Shown: positions 42,385 through 55,880, counted from the whole stretch's first letter. The stretch is DNA of 63,301 nt, filler included, from Hyphochytrium catenoides (GCA_900088475.1; 10 parts of 10 records of this genome joined end to end with filler, not necessarily neighbours in it); one strand, 5' to 3'. Program-made: numbers and translations. Notes: generated from the sequence alone by a model not told the origin.

Positions 42385-44132
42385 GTCCCCATTTGACTCT
42401 CTTTGGTGTCTAGTGGCTCATTCTCCCTGCCATTGCCTCAAAACTGTAGCACTGTACCTGCTAAGGTGTCTCCCCAAGCCTTCCATTCCTTTCTGTTTCT
42501 CTATCTCCTCTTTTACCTTTCGAGGGCCTCTGCTTGCCTTACTCTCTTATCTCTCCTTCCCGGTGGTTCCGCCCATACGGGACACCTTGACTGCTTGACC
42601 CCAGGGACTCTAAACAACCATCGATCTCTTTCTCGGTCTCTCTCTCTCTCTTTCTCAGCTTCCCCTCTCGTCCCCCAAGGGGCAGCACCCCGCTCTCAAC
42701 ACTACGGGAGCTGATATTATCAATGGAAAAGTTTGCAAGGTCCAAGAGCGGAGCCTCACTTCAGTAGCGGGCACCGTCGCAGGGACTGTTGCTGGGTCTG
42801 TCGGAAGCGTCGCCGGGAAAATCTGGTCAACGAGGGTAAGGACCGGGAGTAGAGAGAGAGAGAGAGCGAAGCGTCGAGAAAGACAGAGATGGGCAGTTTA
42901 GCTACGATAGTAGGACTGTAGGCCGACCGCGAGTCACAAATAATGAGAGAGAGGGTGTGGGTGTTTATGTGGGGGAGAGAAAGGAAAGAGACAGACAGAC
43001 GGGCAGACAGCGACCAAAAGTAGCATCGGACTCTCTCGTACCCTAAGGGGCTTTGGATTACAAGGAAACGAGGAACGGAGATACTCCTTGGCATGTCCTC
43101 TGCTGGGGGTAACGATAGCCAGCAGTCTTCTCTCCTTTGCAAACGCCTCTCCTTGTGCTATAGCTTGCTTGAGCGCTAACTACTCTCCCTCCGACCGCCT
43201 TCCTCGTTAGACGCCGATAGGAGAGATCGACCTGTTTGCTGCGGGCAGTAATCGCGTGTTTGTTAATGAAGATCTCAGGGCCAAACTGAGATCTGGTGAT
43301 CAGGTCAGTGATGAGTCGGGTTAGTAAGTTTTTGGTTGTCATTCTCACTCTTGCTGTGCTTTCTCTTCGTGCCGTTGCTCTTTCTTCATATCGTTCTCAC
43401 GCTCTCGTCCCCTTCTCTTCCTCTCTTCTGCACCCTTTGTTCGCTTTCATTGAACCTTCGTCCGCGGCCCTCTATAGCCATGTCTGTCTTTTGAAAGCTC
43501 TTGAACATGAAGCTCTGTCTCCACTTCTCACATACTCTCTCTTTCTCTCGGTAGATCACAATCTGTGGTAAGGACTTCACTGTGACAGAAGTGAGTCGGG
43601 ATGTGTTCACAGTGGACAAAGCGTGGGAAGGAGGAACGATCAGCAGACAGTCAAAGGCCCTCACAGCTAGGGTATGGGGCAACTCCTCTCTTCCATCTCC
43701 CTCTCTCTGTTCGCTGCTTCTCTGTGTCTCTCTCGTTCTGCCGGTGTTTGTCTCTCTCGTTCCTGTACAATAAAGTAAGCGATGCCTAACGTTCTTAAAG
43801 TCTTCCGCTGCTAAGAGGTCTCTGTTCGTTTTTCTCTATCTTCTCTTGGTCTCTCCTTCTCGTTGGCGACGTCTCTAGGTGAAATTTTTTGAGAAGGGCT
43901 CAAAGACGGTAGTGGTGGACTCGGACCTTAGGTCCAGACTGAGAAGAGGAGATTCTCTGGTAAGGTGGTCGCACGCACCTATATTTCTCAATTCTCCCTC
44001 TCTGCTCTGTCTCTTCTCTCCTTTTTCTGCCTCTTCTCTCCGTCCTCTCACTGCAACTTGGCTAAGTCTGTTTGATTGTTTAACGTGCCCTCAGTCCCGC
44101 ACGGTTCCAGAACTCACTCTCTCTCACATCAC

Positions 44133-44181
<49 letters not shown>

Positions 44182-46501
44182 GCCTCTCTTTCTCTCTCTC
44201 TTTCTTTTGAATTGTCCTCTCCCGCGATTTCTGCACCGTGTCCCTCTCGCCTTCTTGGGCCTGTAACTCTTTCGTCAGATGATTGGTGGGGAGACGTATA
44301 TTATATCTCAGGAGCAAGCAGATCCCTTCACCCACTCTGTAATCACTCTCAGTAAGGCGAGGACCATGAGCACATTAAGGTGATAGGAGGACTCGACTTT
44401 CATTCTCTCCCCAAGTCGTTCAATATCCCTTTCTCACTCTCTCTCATTCTCTCACTATCTTTACCTTCTCTATGCTCTTACTATCCGTCTCTGTCTTCAT
44501 GCACTGAGATCTTTTCGCCAGTCTATTGCACTTGACGTCAACGTATCTCTTACTGCCCTCTTTCTCTCTCTCCACCGGATTATTTCGTCTCTTTTTAACT
44601 AGCGACAAGGAGTATGCCGTCCCTGACTGCTCGGTCATCCTCGAGTCCGGTTCTTCCTACGCAAGAACTTCCACAACGCTTGTGGGAAGAGTACCCAGGG
44701 GTAGCACAGTGGTAGGGAAAAGGAACATCGCCTGTCTTATCCTGCCGACATCGTGCTTGTCGACGGCATTCTATCTCTCTTTCTCTAGTTTCCTCCCTTT
44801 GACTCGTCCCCATTCACCACTCATTCAATCGATGGCTGACAACTGGTCTGTTGGCCACTCGGAGTATCTTCTTCCTGGCGTTCTGTTCATCTTTTCCTAT
44901 TACGTCTCGCTCCGTCTGACAACTCCCTTCGGCCTTCCTCTGACTTGGCTTCTTCTCCTCTGACTGCTCTCTTTTCCACGCACTCGCCTTTTACCTCCAT
45001 CGCAGATCATTGGTGGGGAAGAGTACACAGTATCGACCAGCATCTTCCGCCGCTTCACAGCGACGCAGCTACCCCTGGACCAGGTCTGCAAGACCTCGGT
45101 CTACAATGTGCCGGTCAAGGTACGATCTCGAAGCTGAAGTTCAAGTCTCCCTTTTCTCTCCCTTACACTCTTACCAGACGTACGACTGCTTCCTTTGATG
45201 CAATCACGCTGGTCCAACCTGGGCTTGCTTGCTAGTCTCTGAGCTCTTCTTTCTCTCTCTCTCTCTTCTGCGCGAACGTCTCTCTTCTACGCGCAGGGAA
45301 AGCCATCACCACCAGACCAACTGAAGATAGAAATCCCCGCTGTGGCAGATCCGAAGATATATTTACACGGTGGATCCAAGAGGTAACTAGCCCTAACCTG
45401 CATGTCTTTGTTTCAAAGCTGCGCATCCTCTTTCTCTCCCCGCACCAGTTCCTTCTATTCCGATGACTCTCTCTCTGTCTCGTCCAAATGTCCCTGGACG
45501 CGCCTTGTACTCTATCTCCTGCGTACATCTGCGTTCTTCTTGGTCCAAAACTTACCTCTGTTCCGATCATTGTTGTTGTCTTCTTCTTTTGCTTCACTGA
45601 CGATTTTTTCTTAACTCTCTGATCGCCTCAGTGACGCTGAGTCCAGTGGTTCGGGAGCAGCACAGGCAGGCGGAGTGGGAGCAACAGGTGCGTGCTTTCC
45701 TTCTGTCTTCTCAGTATCTTGCCGCTGCTAACCAGCATTGTAAACTTTCACTCTGTTGTACGCCAATTGTCTCGCACGCAGGCTTCAAAGAGAGAGCAGA
45801 GAATGGGCTAGTCAGCGCGGAGCACGGATTCAGGCGAGGTACTCTCTCCCCTTTCTTTGCGAGACACTGTCGATCTCTCTGTTTCTGTCGCACTCCGTTC
45901 TCTTCCACCATTTTGACAGGGATCGCTCTCCTTCACTACTTCCATACAAGGCTGCCTGCTAATTATCTAATTATCCTCTCACACTATTCCTGAACAATAG
46001 TCTTAAGGCCTTCTTTCTCTCGCTTTCGGACCCTCTTTCCCCTTTTCCTCTTCCCTTTTACTCCCGACTCCTCCTCTCTTTCTTTCACTCTTCCTTTAAA
46101 TGGTATCTCGCTCTCTCTCACTCTCTCTCTTCGTCCTCGCCCACACATGCTCACCTTTGACTGATATAGCTGGAAGCGCAGCTGCCCGTGCGGGAGGAGC
46201 TGCCGCCCGGACAGCGCAGCCCTATGTTAGCACTGTAGCGGAACGGTCAAGGCCCTACGTCTCCGCCGCCGGGAGGACAGCAGGAGCGGCAGCCTCAACT
46301 GCAGGGAGAAAGGTGTCGGACACCTATAGAGCTAATGAGTACAATATTCAGAGAGGAGCAGCCAGGGTAAGCCGTTTTTCTTTCGCGTACAAGTACGATA
46401 TGCTTCGTTGTCTCTCTCTTCCTCACCACTAGCGCCGCTTGCAGACTGGCAACCTCGTAAGTGATAGAGTTGCGGCCTTCCAGAAGAAGAGCAGCTACTA
46501 G
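38963..46501 (+). CDS. Uncharacterised multi-exon protein with five ~70-aa beta-rich repeats and Ala/Gly-rich spacers
   Basis: About 20 short AG/GT-bounded exons within CT-rich introns. Repeat cores LQRGDRVKVGGEIY, LKRGDKIRVNGQLY, LRSGDQITICGKDF, LRRGDSLMIGGETY, VPRGSTVIIGGEEY. Ends RRLQTGNLVSDRVAAFQKKSSY*. Some exon junctions unresolved. Confidence 0.7.
40615..40674. repeat. ~30-bp tandem duplication of an intron 3' end (tctaatc(tc)n gtttgaaa x2)
   Basis: Direct repeat immediately upstream of the AG acceptor at ~40674; includes a branch-point-like ctaat. Confidence 0.7.
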
Positions 46502-47343
46502 GCTTCCTCGCTGTCAAGAACAAGGCAGAAGAAAGCGATAGACTGTTGAGCACTCGAAGGTGGAAGGCGACAGAAGCAGAAAGAAGAGAGAGAAGCAAAA
46601 AAGAGAGAAACAGAGAGAGAGAGAGAGATTTAAATAGGAGGTCTTCTGGGAACAAGTGCAGCAGAATTTATTCAGATAGGTCCTATGTATATATAGCCTG
46701 CAGGATCCTTGACAGAGAGAGAGGAGCAAGTCACCTCTCTCTCCCACTATATATGGAGCCTATTACTATATAGTCAGCCTTTAAACATGTACATCGAACG
46801 TCTCTTGCGCTCTCTCTCTCTCTTACAAGTGACCTTTCTCCAAAAGTGTCAGTGGCCGATCTGGGGGGTTAAGGCAATATTTTTACATAGGAAGAGAGAG
46901 AGGGCAAGTGCCTTTTCTCTCTCTGACAGAGCGGTTCTCTCTAGTAACATCAGTCACTCATTCTTGCCGCGGAGAGAGAGAGCAACAGACTTAGATAATC
47001 GAGGGACAGAGAGGATCATAACCAGCAGACGAAGTCCTGGAATGCGATGCAAACGCTAGACAAGAGAGAGATGGGCCATATAGCTGAAAGCCTTGAGAGT
47101 TAGGTTTAGCAGGACGTCTGGGTCTTACATTCATTTTCTAGTTTACATCAAGGTGCGACCGAAGGGCGAGAGAGTGGAAGAAAAAAGATAAAGAGACTTA
47201 GAGTGAGAACAAGGGAGGACTGGTGTTTGAAGGGAAAGAGAGAGAGAGAGAAAAAGAGGAGAAACGGAAAGAGGAGACTAGGAGAATTAGGCCCCCTTAT
47301 TTCGTCTCTCATCAACCTCTCTCTTATTCCTCGTCAAGCATCT

Positions 47344-48076
47344 TCAGTCTGCTTTCTCTCCTGGCTCCACCCGCTTGGGGCTATCGTCTGTGACGCCGTC
47401 TCTATCTGTATCTTGGTTCTTATCCTCTTCTCTCTCTTCCGTTGACAGCTCTTTGGTTGTGATTCCTCTCGCCTTCAGCCACTCTTCATACACAGGCTTG
47501 CGCTGAGCTCTCTCCTTTAAATGCCTATGTCAAATAGCATGGTAAGAGGAGTAGAACCAAAATAAAAGAGAGAGAGAAAGGGAGAGAGAGAGAGAAAGAG
47601 AGAGACAGAGCAGAGAGAGAGGGAGAAAGAGAGTCATGGAAAGGGAGAGTGCCTCCAATGGCAAGATGACTAAGAAAGGCCGTGGCATGCCACAGGAGAA
47701 GGAGTGCCATGCGAGCGGGGACCAAGAGAGAAAAGAGTTAGAGAGAAGTGTCCGTAGGATCCCATGAACCATGAACAGACAGACAGCGTGGAACATAGCT
47801 GAAGAGTTGAGACAAGGGGAAGGATGACAGAAAGGAGGAAAGAGAGAAAAGAGGAGAGACTTAGAGAAAGACGGAGAAGGGAGAGAGAAGGAGGGGGGAA
47901 GTGCCTGACGGTGCAGTGGTACGTCTAACCATTGGCGGACTGCTCTAAAGTAGATGAGATGAGATCGTAGAAGGAGCTCGGGAGAGACGCCGCTTAGGCT
48001 GTTTACGATATCCTGATTGGAGAGCGAAGAGAGACAGAGAGAGAGACAGATGCAGAGATAAGAGAAAGAAAGACCG

Positions 48077-48120
<44 letters not shown>

Positions 48121-48760
48121 CGTCAGACAATAATCATTGAAATGACCCTGACAACAGGGAGAGAACGAGGGAGGGAATGACCCAGAGAAGAAGGGTCTTA
48201 TCATGCACCCAAAGAGAGAGACTGGCCCAGGCGAGAGTACTCCGAAGAAGAGAGAGAGAACGTCCTCACATCTGACAAGAGATCTTTCTCCACCGTTGCT
48301 CTGAGTCGCTTTCGATGCGGAGCAACTCGCCGGTTCATATTCTCAGAAGTTGGCGCGGAATCTGAGACAGAGCTCTGTGGAGAGACAGAGGGAGAGAAGG
48401 ATAATGAGATGGTAAGCAATACACGAAGAGAGTCTGACGCAGAAAGAAGGAGCGCAAAGGGATACCACCAAAGAGAGTGGGCGGACAGATAGTGAAGGGT
48501 GGGTAGAAAGAAAGAGAGAGAGAGAGAGAAAAGAAAAGGAGAGAGAGAAAGAAAGAGAGAGAGAGAGACAGAGAGAAAGAGAGAGAGAAAAAGAAAGAGA
48601 GATTGTGAGAGAGAGAGAGAAAAGGAGACTAGAAGATCCTGCAGAATTCATACTTCCGTGGCTGCAATTTTCACTACTTCGCGGGCAGGATTGTCCTCCA
48701 TCCAAGAGCGGACCAAGGCGTAGGCAGAGACATGCTTGGAGCGCGGAGTAAGGCGGATTC
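47344..48760 (-). CDS. LIN37-like (DREAM/MuvB subunit) protein, 5' end unresolved
   Basis: Phase-compatible exons give SAYALVRSWMEDNP (cf. LIN37 LYxLCRxWMxNxP) and SPELLLRSHLIYFRAVRQWHLKERAQRKPVYEEWL (cf. LIN37 C-terminal helix). Stop at 47344. Confidence 0.55.
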
Positions 48761-49400
48761 TGGCCACAGAAAAGAGAGAGAGAGAAAGTTGAAGAGAGAG
48801 AGAGAGAGACACACACACAGAGGTGTGTCAGAGCTATAAGGAAAGAGGTTATGTAGAAGGCATTACTACGAAGGAACAGGCTAAGAGAGAGGGGAAGGAA
48901 GAGGGCCAGAGAGAGAGAAAGAGCGAGATCAAACCAAGGGAGAAAGAGCGAAATCGGATAGGCAAGGTAACGAACTTCCGAAAGCTAGACGGGACGATTT
49001 AGGAAGACACCCGGCCTAGAGAGAGAGAGAGAGGGAAAGAGAGAGAAAGAGAGAGAGAGAGAGAAAGAGAGAGAGCGAGAGGAGCTAAGAGGAAGAGATT
49101 GCTAGCGGGGAAAGGTTAACGATGGCTCCGCACTCGAGCGGCTGCCTGTCAACCAGAGAGAGAACGAGAGAGAGAGAGACAGAGANNNNNNNNNNNNNNN
49201 NNNNNNNNNNNNNNNNNNNNNNNNNNNNNTTAATTAATTAANNNNNNNNNNNNNNNNNNNNNNNNNNNNNNNNNNNNNNNNNNNNCGAAAGAGACACATA
49301 GAGAGAGACGGAGAAGAAGGGTGAGAATGGGTTACGACACGGAGCCAAGAAACTCAACAGCAGAGACTAGAGAGGCATTCTAAACGGTGGGTCTCTCTTA

Positions 49401-49682
49401 CATCTGGGCGTTGTGATACAGATCATGCAGGAAGACAATGGGATAGGGACTCTCCTCATGCCCGGGGAGCAAGATGTCCGCACTGGGTTCTGCCTTTATG
49501 ATCGTCTCAATGGAAGAGGAAGCAGGAAAGAGAGTAGACATCCGCCGCTGTGGCGTGTCTCCTGGTCTCCTTGCTTTCAACTCGTCCCCCTGCAGGCCCG
49601 CTAATGCTGCCACTCCGACGCTTGACCAGAGGCCATCGCTCCTCCGCACGCATCGGTGAAAAGCGCAGATCCTCAGCATGAT
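49401..49682 (-). CDS. Probable alpha/beta-hydrolase first exon with Arg-rich targeting-like N-terminus; 3'-truncated
   Basis: Ends ...ESPYPIVFLHDLYHNAQM followed by a GT donor; resembles the PIVFLHG....W strand-3 motif. Confidence 0.45.
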
Positions 49683-50009
49683 GGACGGTGCTTGCTCTCG
49701 ATAACCTTCTCGGTCTCCAAGTCTCAGCCACGGCAGCGTGTCATACAGCTGCTGTGAGCTGACGACAGGGCAAAATGATAGGCTGCGTGAAAGGTGGAAG
49801 AGACGGAGTTGCGATGGCTCGCCTCTGTTCCCCTTTCATCTCCTGACACTCAAGGAACGGAAGACTGCCAGGCTCCCTCACATGGTCAGAAAGATAACTC
49901 CCTCTCCCTTGCCCTCTCACTTATTATGTCATTTCCTTGTATCTTGCTTTTCTTCGCTCCCACCCTTTCTCCTCTCCCCTTCTCTCTCTCTGTTCTCTCT
50001 CTCACTCTA

Positions 50010-50050
<41 letters not shown>

Positions 50051-50456
50051 CCTCCCCGCTCTTCCTTATTTATACTCTGTCTCGGTCTTCCTGCCTTATT
50101 CTCAATCTTCTTACCAAGCTCCTCATCATAAGAAGGAGGCGTTACCGGCCTATATTCAGTTATCAATACGAATGATTCTCCCTAGATTACTGCTTTATTG
50201 TTATCCCAGTTAGTCGTATTTGATCTGAGATTAGATCTGGGTTCTGTCCTCTAAGAACCTTATCCTATTCCGTCTTGGTTGAAGGTAGGGTCACAGGCTC
50301 TCTGGGCTTGTGGACGACCCCTAGATCTGAAGATTCGCCGGTCTGATGCTTTCTGAAGCTGCAATAATATTTCTTCGCACAAGCTCTGCATCCGAACTCT
50401 CCTAGAAGTGCACTCAGTCTGCCATCGCTATTGAGCTCGTAGGCTGGATGATAGAA

Positions 50457-50508
<52 letters not shown>

Positions 50509-50843
50509 AAGAGAGAAAGGAAGATAAAGAGATAAAGAGAAAGGACTTATCTCCCTCAAAACCACCTATCCCACATCTCATTGGTAAGTCAGCGTACTTA
50601 GGCTAGGAGTCTGCAGCAGACAGCTGGTGGCGTAAAGTTGCCCCTGAGCACAGCCGGCTCGCCTAGTCCTTGGCTTCTGGCTACCGTCTTTGCCTTGTAA
50701 CCAGTGCCCTCCTAGCTGTTTCTCTAATCCTGATCTTTCTCTCTCGCGCACACATACGACCATCGTCTGAACACCGGTTGGATACGGTCCTGTAGTCGTT
50801 ATCCTTCGTCCGTGAAGAGTGTGATAACGTCAAGCAGAAAAAA

Positions 50844-52889
50844 ATGTTCAAGTTTATGAAGAAGGAACCAAAGATCCCTCCTGAGGAACAAGCAAAGGCA
50901 TGGATTCGAGAGTTAAACAAGGAGCAAAGAAGCATGGAAAGACAGATCTCAAGTAAGTAGCCTGGCTGCGCCGAAGAATGCCGACTGGGAGAAGTTATAA
51001 CGTGAGAGGGAGAGACGAGGGAGGTAAGGATGGTGCAGTGGAGAGAGAGAAGAAGGAAGAGGGCAGGTCAGGTTAATCTAGACGGTCAATAGTAGAGAAG
51101 AGTTTTCAATAATCTAAGGACGCAGACCGATCGATCGCTTAGGGGTAACGGGGTGTGGAAGAGGTTTGAAGAGAAGTCTAGCTAAGAGCGTTATCTGCCT
51201 AACTCTTGCTTTTTTTCTGGTCTCTTTGATGTTAAGAAACTGAGCTAGAGGAGAAGAAGCTCCAGCTTGAGATAAAGCGGCTAGTCAAGAATGTAAGATA
51301 GGCGAGAGAGCCAGAGAGATCAGATGAACGCAGTCTCATTCTTCTCCCCTTTTGACTGGTCCTACAGAATGATTCTGCATCGATAAAGATTCTCGCCAAG
51401 CAGCTGGTAAGAAGAGACTAGTCCTCTCGTTCTGCTGTGGTCTTTACACTCGACCTTCCTTCTTCTTTTCCCAGATCCAGGTGCGCAAGCACAGAGGAAA
51501 GCTAATGGAGGCAAAGAGCAAGCTGAATAGCGTGCAACTAACTCTGCAAGCCAACAAAGGTGAGAGAGCAGTCTAGGGTTAGTAACACGACAGAAGAAGA
51601 AACCATGCTGGAAAGAGGAAGAGAGATGGGGGATAGATGTGACGGGCTCTCTTTCCACTGTTGACCTTGGTGCTTTTCCAGCCCAGTTCCGCGTCGCTGG
51701 CTGCATGCAGAGAAGCGGAGAGGTGATGAAGGCAATGAATAGGTACCGCTCAAGGGGTCTCTCCCTCGTGCCGCTCTTCGAGCTGCACTCTTCTTAAACT
51801 TGACTTCTCTTCTGCTCGCATCAACGCTGAGTGTTCTCTCTTCTTCTTCCCAATCATCTTCTCAACTACTCCTGAATGCGGAACTGTTCTCGATGAAGCT
51901 CTTTCTCTCCTGTCACTCTTGGACTTGTAAAGCAAGGGGTATCTTATGAATTCTCTACGGTGGCTTCGTGCGAACAGTATGATGAAGCTTCCGGAGCTTA
52001 ATGAGAACCTTAGGGAAATGTCGAAGGAGATGGAGAAGGTATTTCTACCCTGCTACTTTGTCCTTTTACCTCGCCCGCTCTTCTCCGCCATCCTGCTTTT
52101 ACCTGTCTGTTCTGGCACCACTCTGAACCTGATCTCTTTCCCCACTTGCCCGGACCAGGCTGGACTGATAGGAGAGATGATTCAAGAGACCTTTGAAGCG
52201 CAAGAGGTATAGCGTGGCTGCACGCTTTTTTGACAGTCTTCTCCTTAATTATCCCCTTGAAGTTTCGAGTGCTTTGCAACTTCAAGCGTTTGCTTGAGGA
52301 ACTGGCCTTCTGAGCATCAGCTCGTTATACAGGGCTGGCGATGTTTTGGCACTCCTCCCGTCACCTCCAGAGCCTGCCACTTTCGGTGTCCTTCTTTTTC
52401 TTCCTATCTCTCTCTTTGCTCTTTATATCTCTCTTCTTTCTCGCTAAGACTTCCATCTCTGCTCTTCATATGGCCCTTCCTTTTCCTTGTCACCATAGGA
52501 AGAGACGTTGGGTGAGGATGTGGACCTGGACGCGGTAATCAGTGAGGTCACTGGAGTTCCATCAGCAGTTGCCACCAAACCAACAGCTGCAGCGATTGGA
52601 GGCAGGCCCCAACCGGTAAGGCTACAAAGCTTCCGTTCTCTCCACCTGTTCTTCAGCTGCCGTTGCCTCGTACATTGTATGTTCATGTCCTACCCTTATT
52701 TTCACTTAAAGCTGACTGAGGTTCTCAACTACTAAGTGCTCTCTCCTTTCTATGGCCTCTCTTCCAGTTAGCTTACAGTTCTTGCCTCGCAACTTATCTG
52801 TCTTCCATCCTTATATCCCGACTTTTGGTCATCTTTCCCCCAGATTGCAGCGGCTGCTCCGTTTGATCTCCCTGAGGCACCGAGTAGCC
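50844..52889 (+). CDS. VPS24: ESCRT-III subunit Vps24/CHMP3 (Snf7 family), ~9 exons, 3'-truncated
   Basis: Spliced MFKFMKKEPKIPPEEQAKAWIRELNKEQRSMERQI...KILAKQL...SKLNSVQL...VAGCMQRSGEVMKAMN.MMKLPEL...MSKEMEKAGLIGEMI. Confidence 0.88.
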
Positions 52890-52989
52890 NNNNNNNNNNN
52901 NNNNNNNNNNNNNNNNNNNNNNNNNNNNNNNNNTTAATTAATTAANNNNNNNNNNNNNNNNNNNNNNNNNNNNNNNNNNNNNNNNNNNN

Positions 52990-53061
52990 TTGTCTTCACG
53001 GTGATCGGATGTGGGCTGATGGGAAGGTCAGAAGCCTTTCTTCTCTTCTCTTTGTCTCTGG

Positions 53062-53095
<34 letters not shown>

Positions 53096-54894
53096 TCCCT
53101 TTCTTCAAAGGCCATCTTACCGCCGCCGCTCATTCTCTTCTCTACTCTTCCCTCTCCCCTCGCCGCGTGTTGCTCTCATGACAGCCGGATAGCCCTCGAG
53201 GCGGCTCTCTTAGGCTTTGACGTGGTGGTGGTGGACACGGACGAAGCAGTTATCGGAGGAGTGAGCCCCCTCAGTGCTTCCAATGTTCCCTCGATCCCTC
53301 TGATTCTTACTCTTACAGCTCCTTACTTGGCCCAATCACTCTCTCTCTCTCTCCCTTTCTCTCTCTCCACATCGCGTTTGTTGGTCTCTCTCTGCGTCTC
53401 TCTCTCTCCTTTCTCTTTGTTTCTCACTCTCTTTTTCTCTCTGTCTCTCTCTCTCTCCCTTCTTCACCCCCCCTTCTCGCTCTTCTTCTCTCCGCGTCGT
53501 TCTCTTTTCTATCTCTCTCCCCTGCTCTCTCTTCGGACCCGTCCCTAAGCTCTTTGTTTACCCCCGTCTCCTCTCCTCGCTGTTCCATGGCTGCGTTGCG
53601 TGGCTCTGCAGGCCTTGGACACAATGGAAAGCCTGGCGCTGGAACTCGTACAGGGCGGACTACTAGCGGACGCAAGGAAAAGAGAAGCACTGCGTCGGAC
53701 AAGGACTGCTAGATCTCTAGAGGAGGCAGTCAGAGACGCTACTCTCGTCCTAGAAGCTGTAAGTCTTCTTCTCTTTCAAGCAGATGCATTCCTCTCTCTC
53801 CCTCAGCTTTCAAGCTACTTGTCTTCTTTACTCACAGTCTTTCCACCTTGTGTCGAGTTACCGCCGCTCCAAAGCCTTTCTCTCTCTTGCAATCTCTCTC
53901 GTTTGGCATGCATTTTTTGTCCTCGTCACCTCGGTCTCAGGTGTTCATTCTTCTCAAGTTGGACTCTCTTTTGATCGGGAGGAGAGAGAATCTCTTTGAA
54001 TTGGAATCATTGGATCTCTCCTACAACCTCTCGGTCTACTGGACTCTTTCAGCTATCTGTGTCCCTCTTCTGCTGACATTAATCTGCCACGGTGTCTCCT
54101 GGATCTCCTCGTTTTCCAATGTCCTCTCCGCCCTATCCGCTTTTGGCTTGCCCCTTCTCTCTTTCTTCTCTCTCCTCTTTTTCGCGCTGACTCCTCCGCT
54201 TCTCTCTTTTTATGATACGCAGGCTCCTGAAGATTTGGCGCTCAAACAATGGATCTTCAGAGCTGTCGAGGACAGTGCACCGTTGAGCGCAATCTTTGCC
54301 TCGAACTCCATGTCCATTTCGATAGAAGACATAGCGTAAGGACACTTTCGTATGCACTAGCGCCTCGCGCCGCCTCTCCCTTTCGCTTTCTCTCCTCCCG
54401 TTCTCTCCTTTATGACGGAGTATAGAATTGACATCCAACGTTCTTCTCTCTCTCGGCCCGGAAAACTCTCTCTCTCTCTCTCCCTCTCTCTCTCCTTCTC
54501 TCCCTCTCCCCTTCTCCCCTTCTTTCGCCATCTCTCTGCGCACTTCTCTCTCTCCTCTTCTTCGCCTTCCCTTCGTGCTCCTGTATAGGCTTGGCATGCG
54601 GCACGGTGATCGTCTGGTAGGACTGCGGTTCCTCTTCCCCGTGCTGCTCATTCCAGAGGTGGTACTCACTCTATGGCGGAGCGCAGCACAAAGTGCTGTG
54701 CAGAGAGTAAGGGCAGACGCACACTTAGTCCTTCCATCACAGTCATGAGCCATACTTCTTTGCCCTTTTCTCTCCCTCTCTTCTTCTCTTTCTCTGTTCC
54801 CCTCCCTTTCTTTCTATCTAACTATTTAACTATCCATAGAGCTACCCATCTCTCTCTCTCTCTTTTAGCGAGGTGGTATTCTCCCTTTCTTCTT

Positions 54895-54930
<36 letters not shown>

Positions 54931-55808
54931 CCTCTTCGTCTGCACTTCCCTCTTCGTTCTCGTCCACGTACGTCTCTCCCTACACTTATGACCTTTAGTG
55001 TCTCCTTTTCTCTCTCTCTCTCCGCTCTCTCTGTTTATGTCTTCAATCCTGTGGCTCTCCAGCCTTCCTCACTACCCTGTCTTGGTCTCTGTGACTTCGC
55101 AGTGTCTTGCGGTGCTCTCATTCATGAACAAGGCACACGTGGGCCCTAATCGTGGGATGATAAGCCAGAGAGAAGCAGGAGACAAGCAAAGAGGTGCGTG
55201 AGAAGCTTTAACAAAGTGAGCGATAGCTGAGAAAGAGAGAACTCAGGCCGATGAAACCACACACCAAAGAAAGAGGCCACAGGAAGACCTAGGAGCCTTT
55301 TGTCCACTTCTAAACTCTCTGTTTTTCTCTCTCCCTCCCCTGCCCAGCGGAAGCGCAACGAAGAGCTTTAGGTAAGTCTAGCTCTTTATGATATTGTTAA
55401 TGTGGGCCATGGTCATCTCTTCTTCCTGTGAATGCAGCTTGCGTTTGCTCTCTTTGGGTCTGATGTCATCTCACCCCAGCCTTCTCTTTTTGACTGATCT
55501 TCTCATCTCTCTCTCTCTCTCTGGCTTGCAATCCTGTGTAGAGACCTATGAAGAGCGAATTCTGCGGCATCGCGTGCTGGTCGATGCCCTTTCTTATTCT
55601 CCCTCCATCTTGTCCTTCTCCTCTACCGTGGCAGACGACTCCTGCATCGTCTGCTATGAGAGGCCCAGCAACACCCGACTTCTGCCTTGTCGTCACCTCG
55701 CATTGTGCCCACAGGTGAACTGTGATGGAATGGGGAAAGTGCTGGAGGAAGTCTCCCAAATGCCTTAGAGCACTTTAGCCGTCGATTAGTCGCTCTCTCT
55801 TTCTCTCC

Positions 55809-55880
<72 letters not shown>

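Noticed and set aside
40358-43955. RGD tripeptides as integrin-binding motifs
   Set aside because: They sit at a structural turn of the repeat, vary between copies (SGD, RGS), and no secretion signal is evident.
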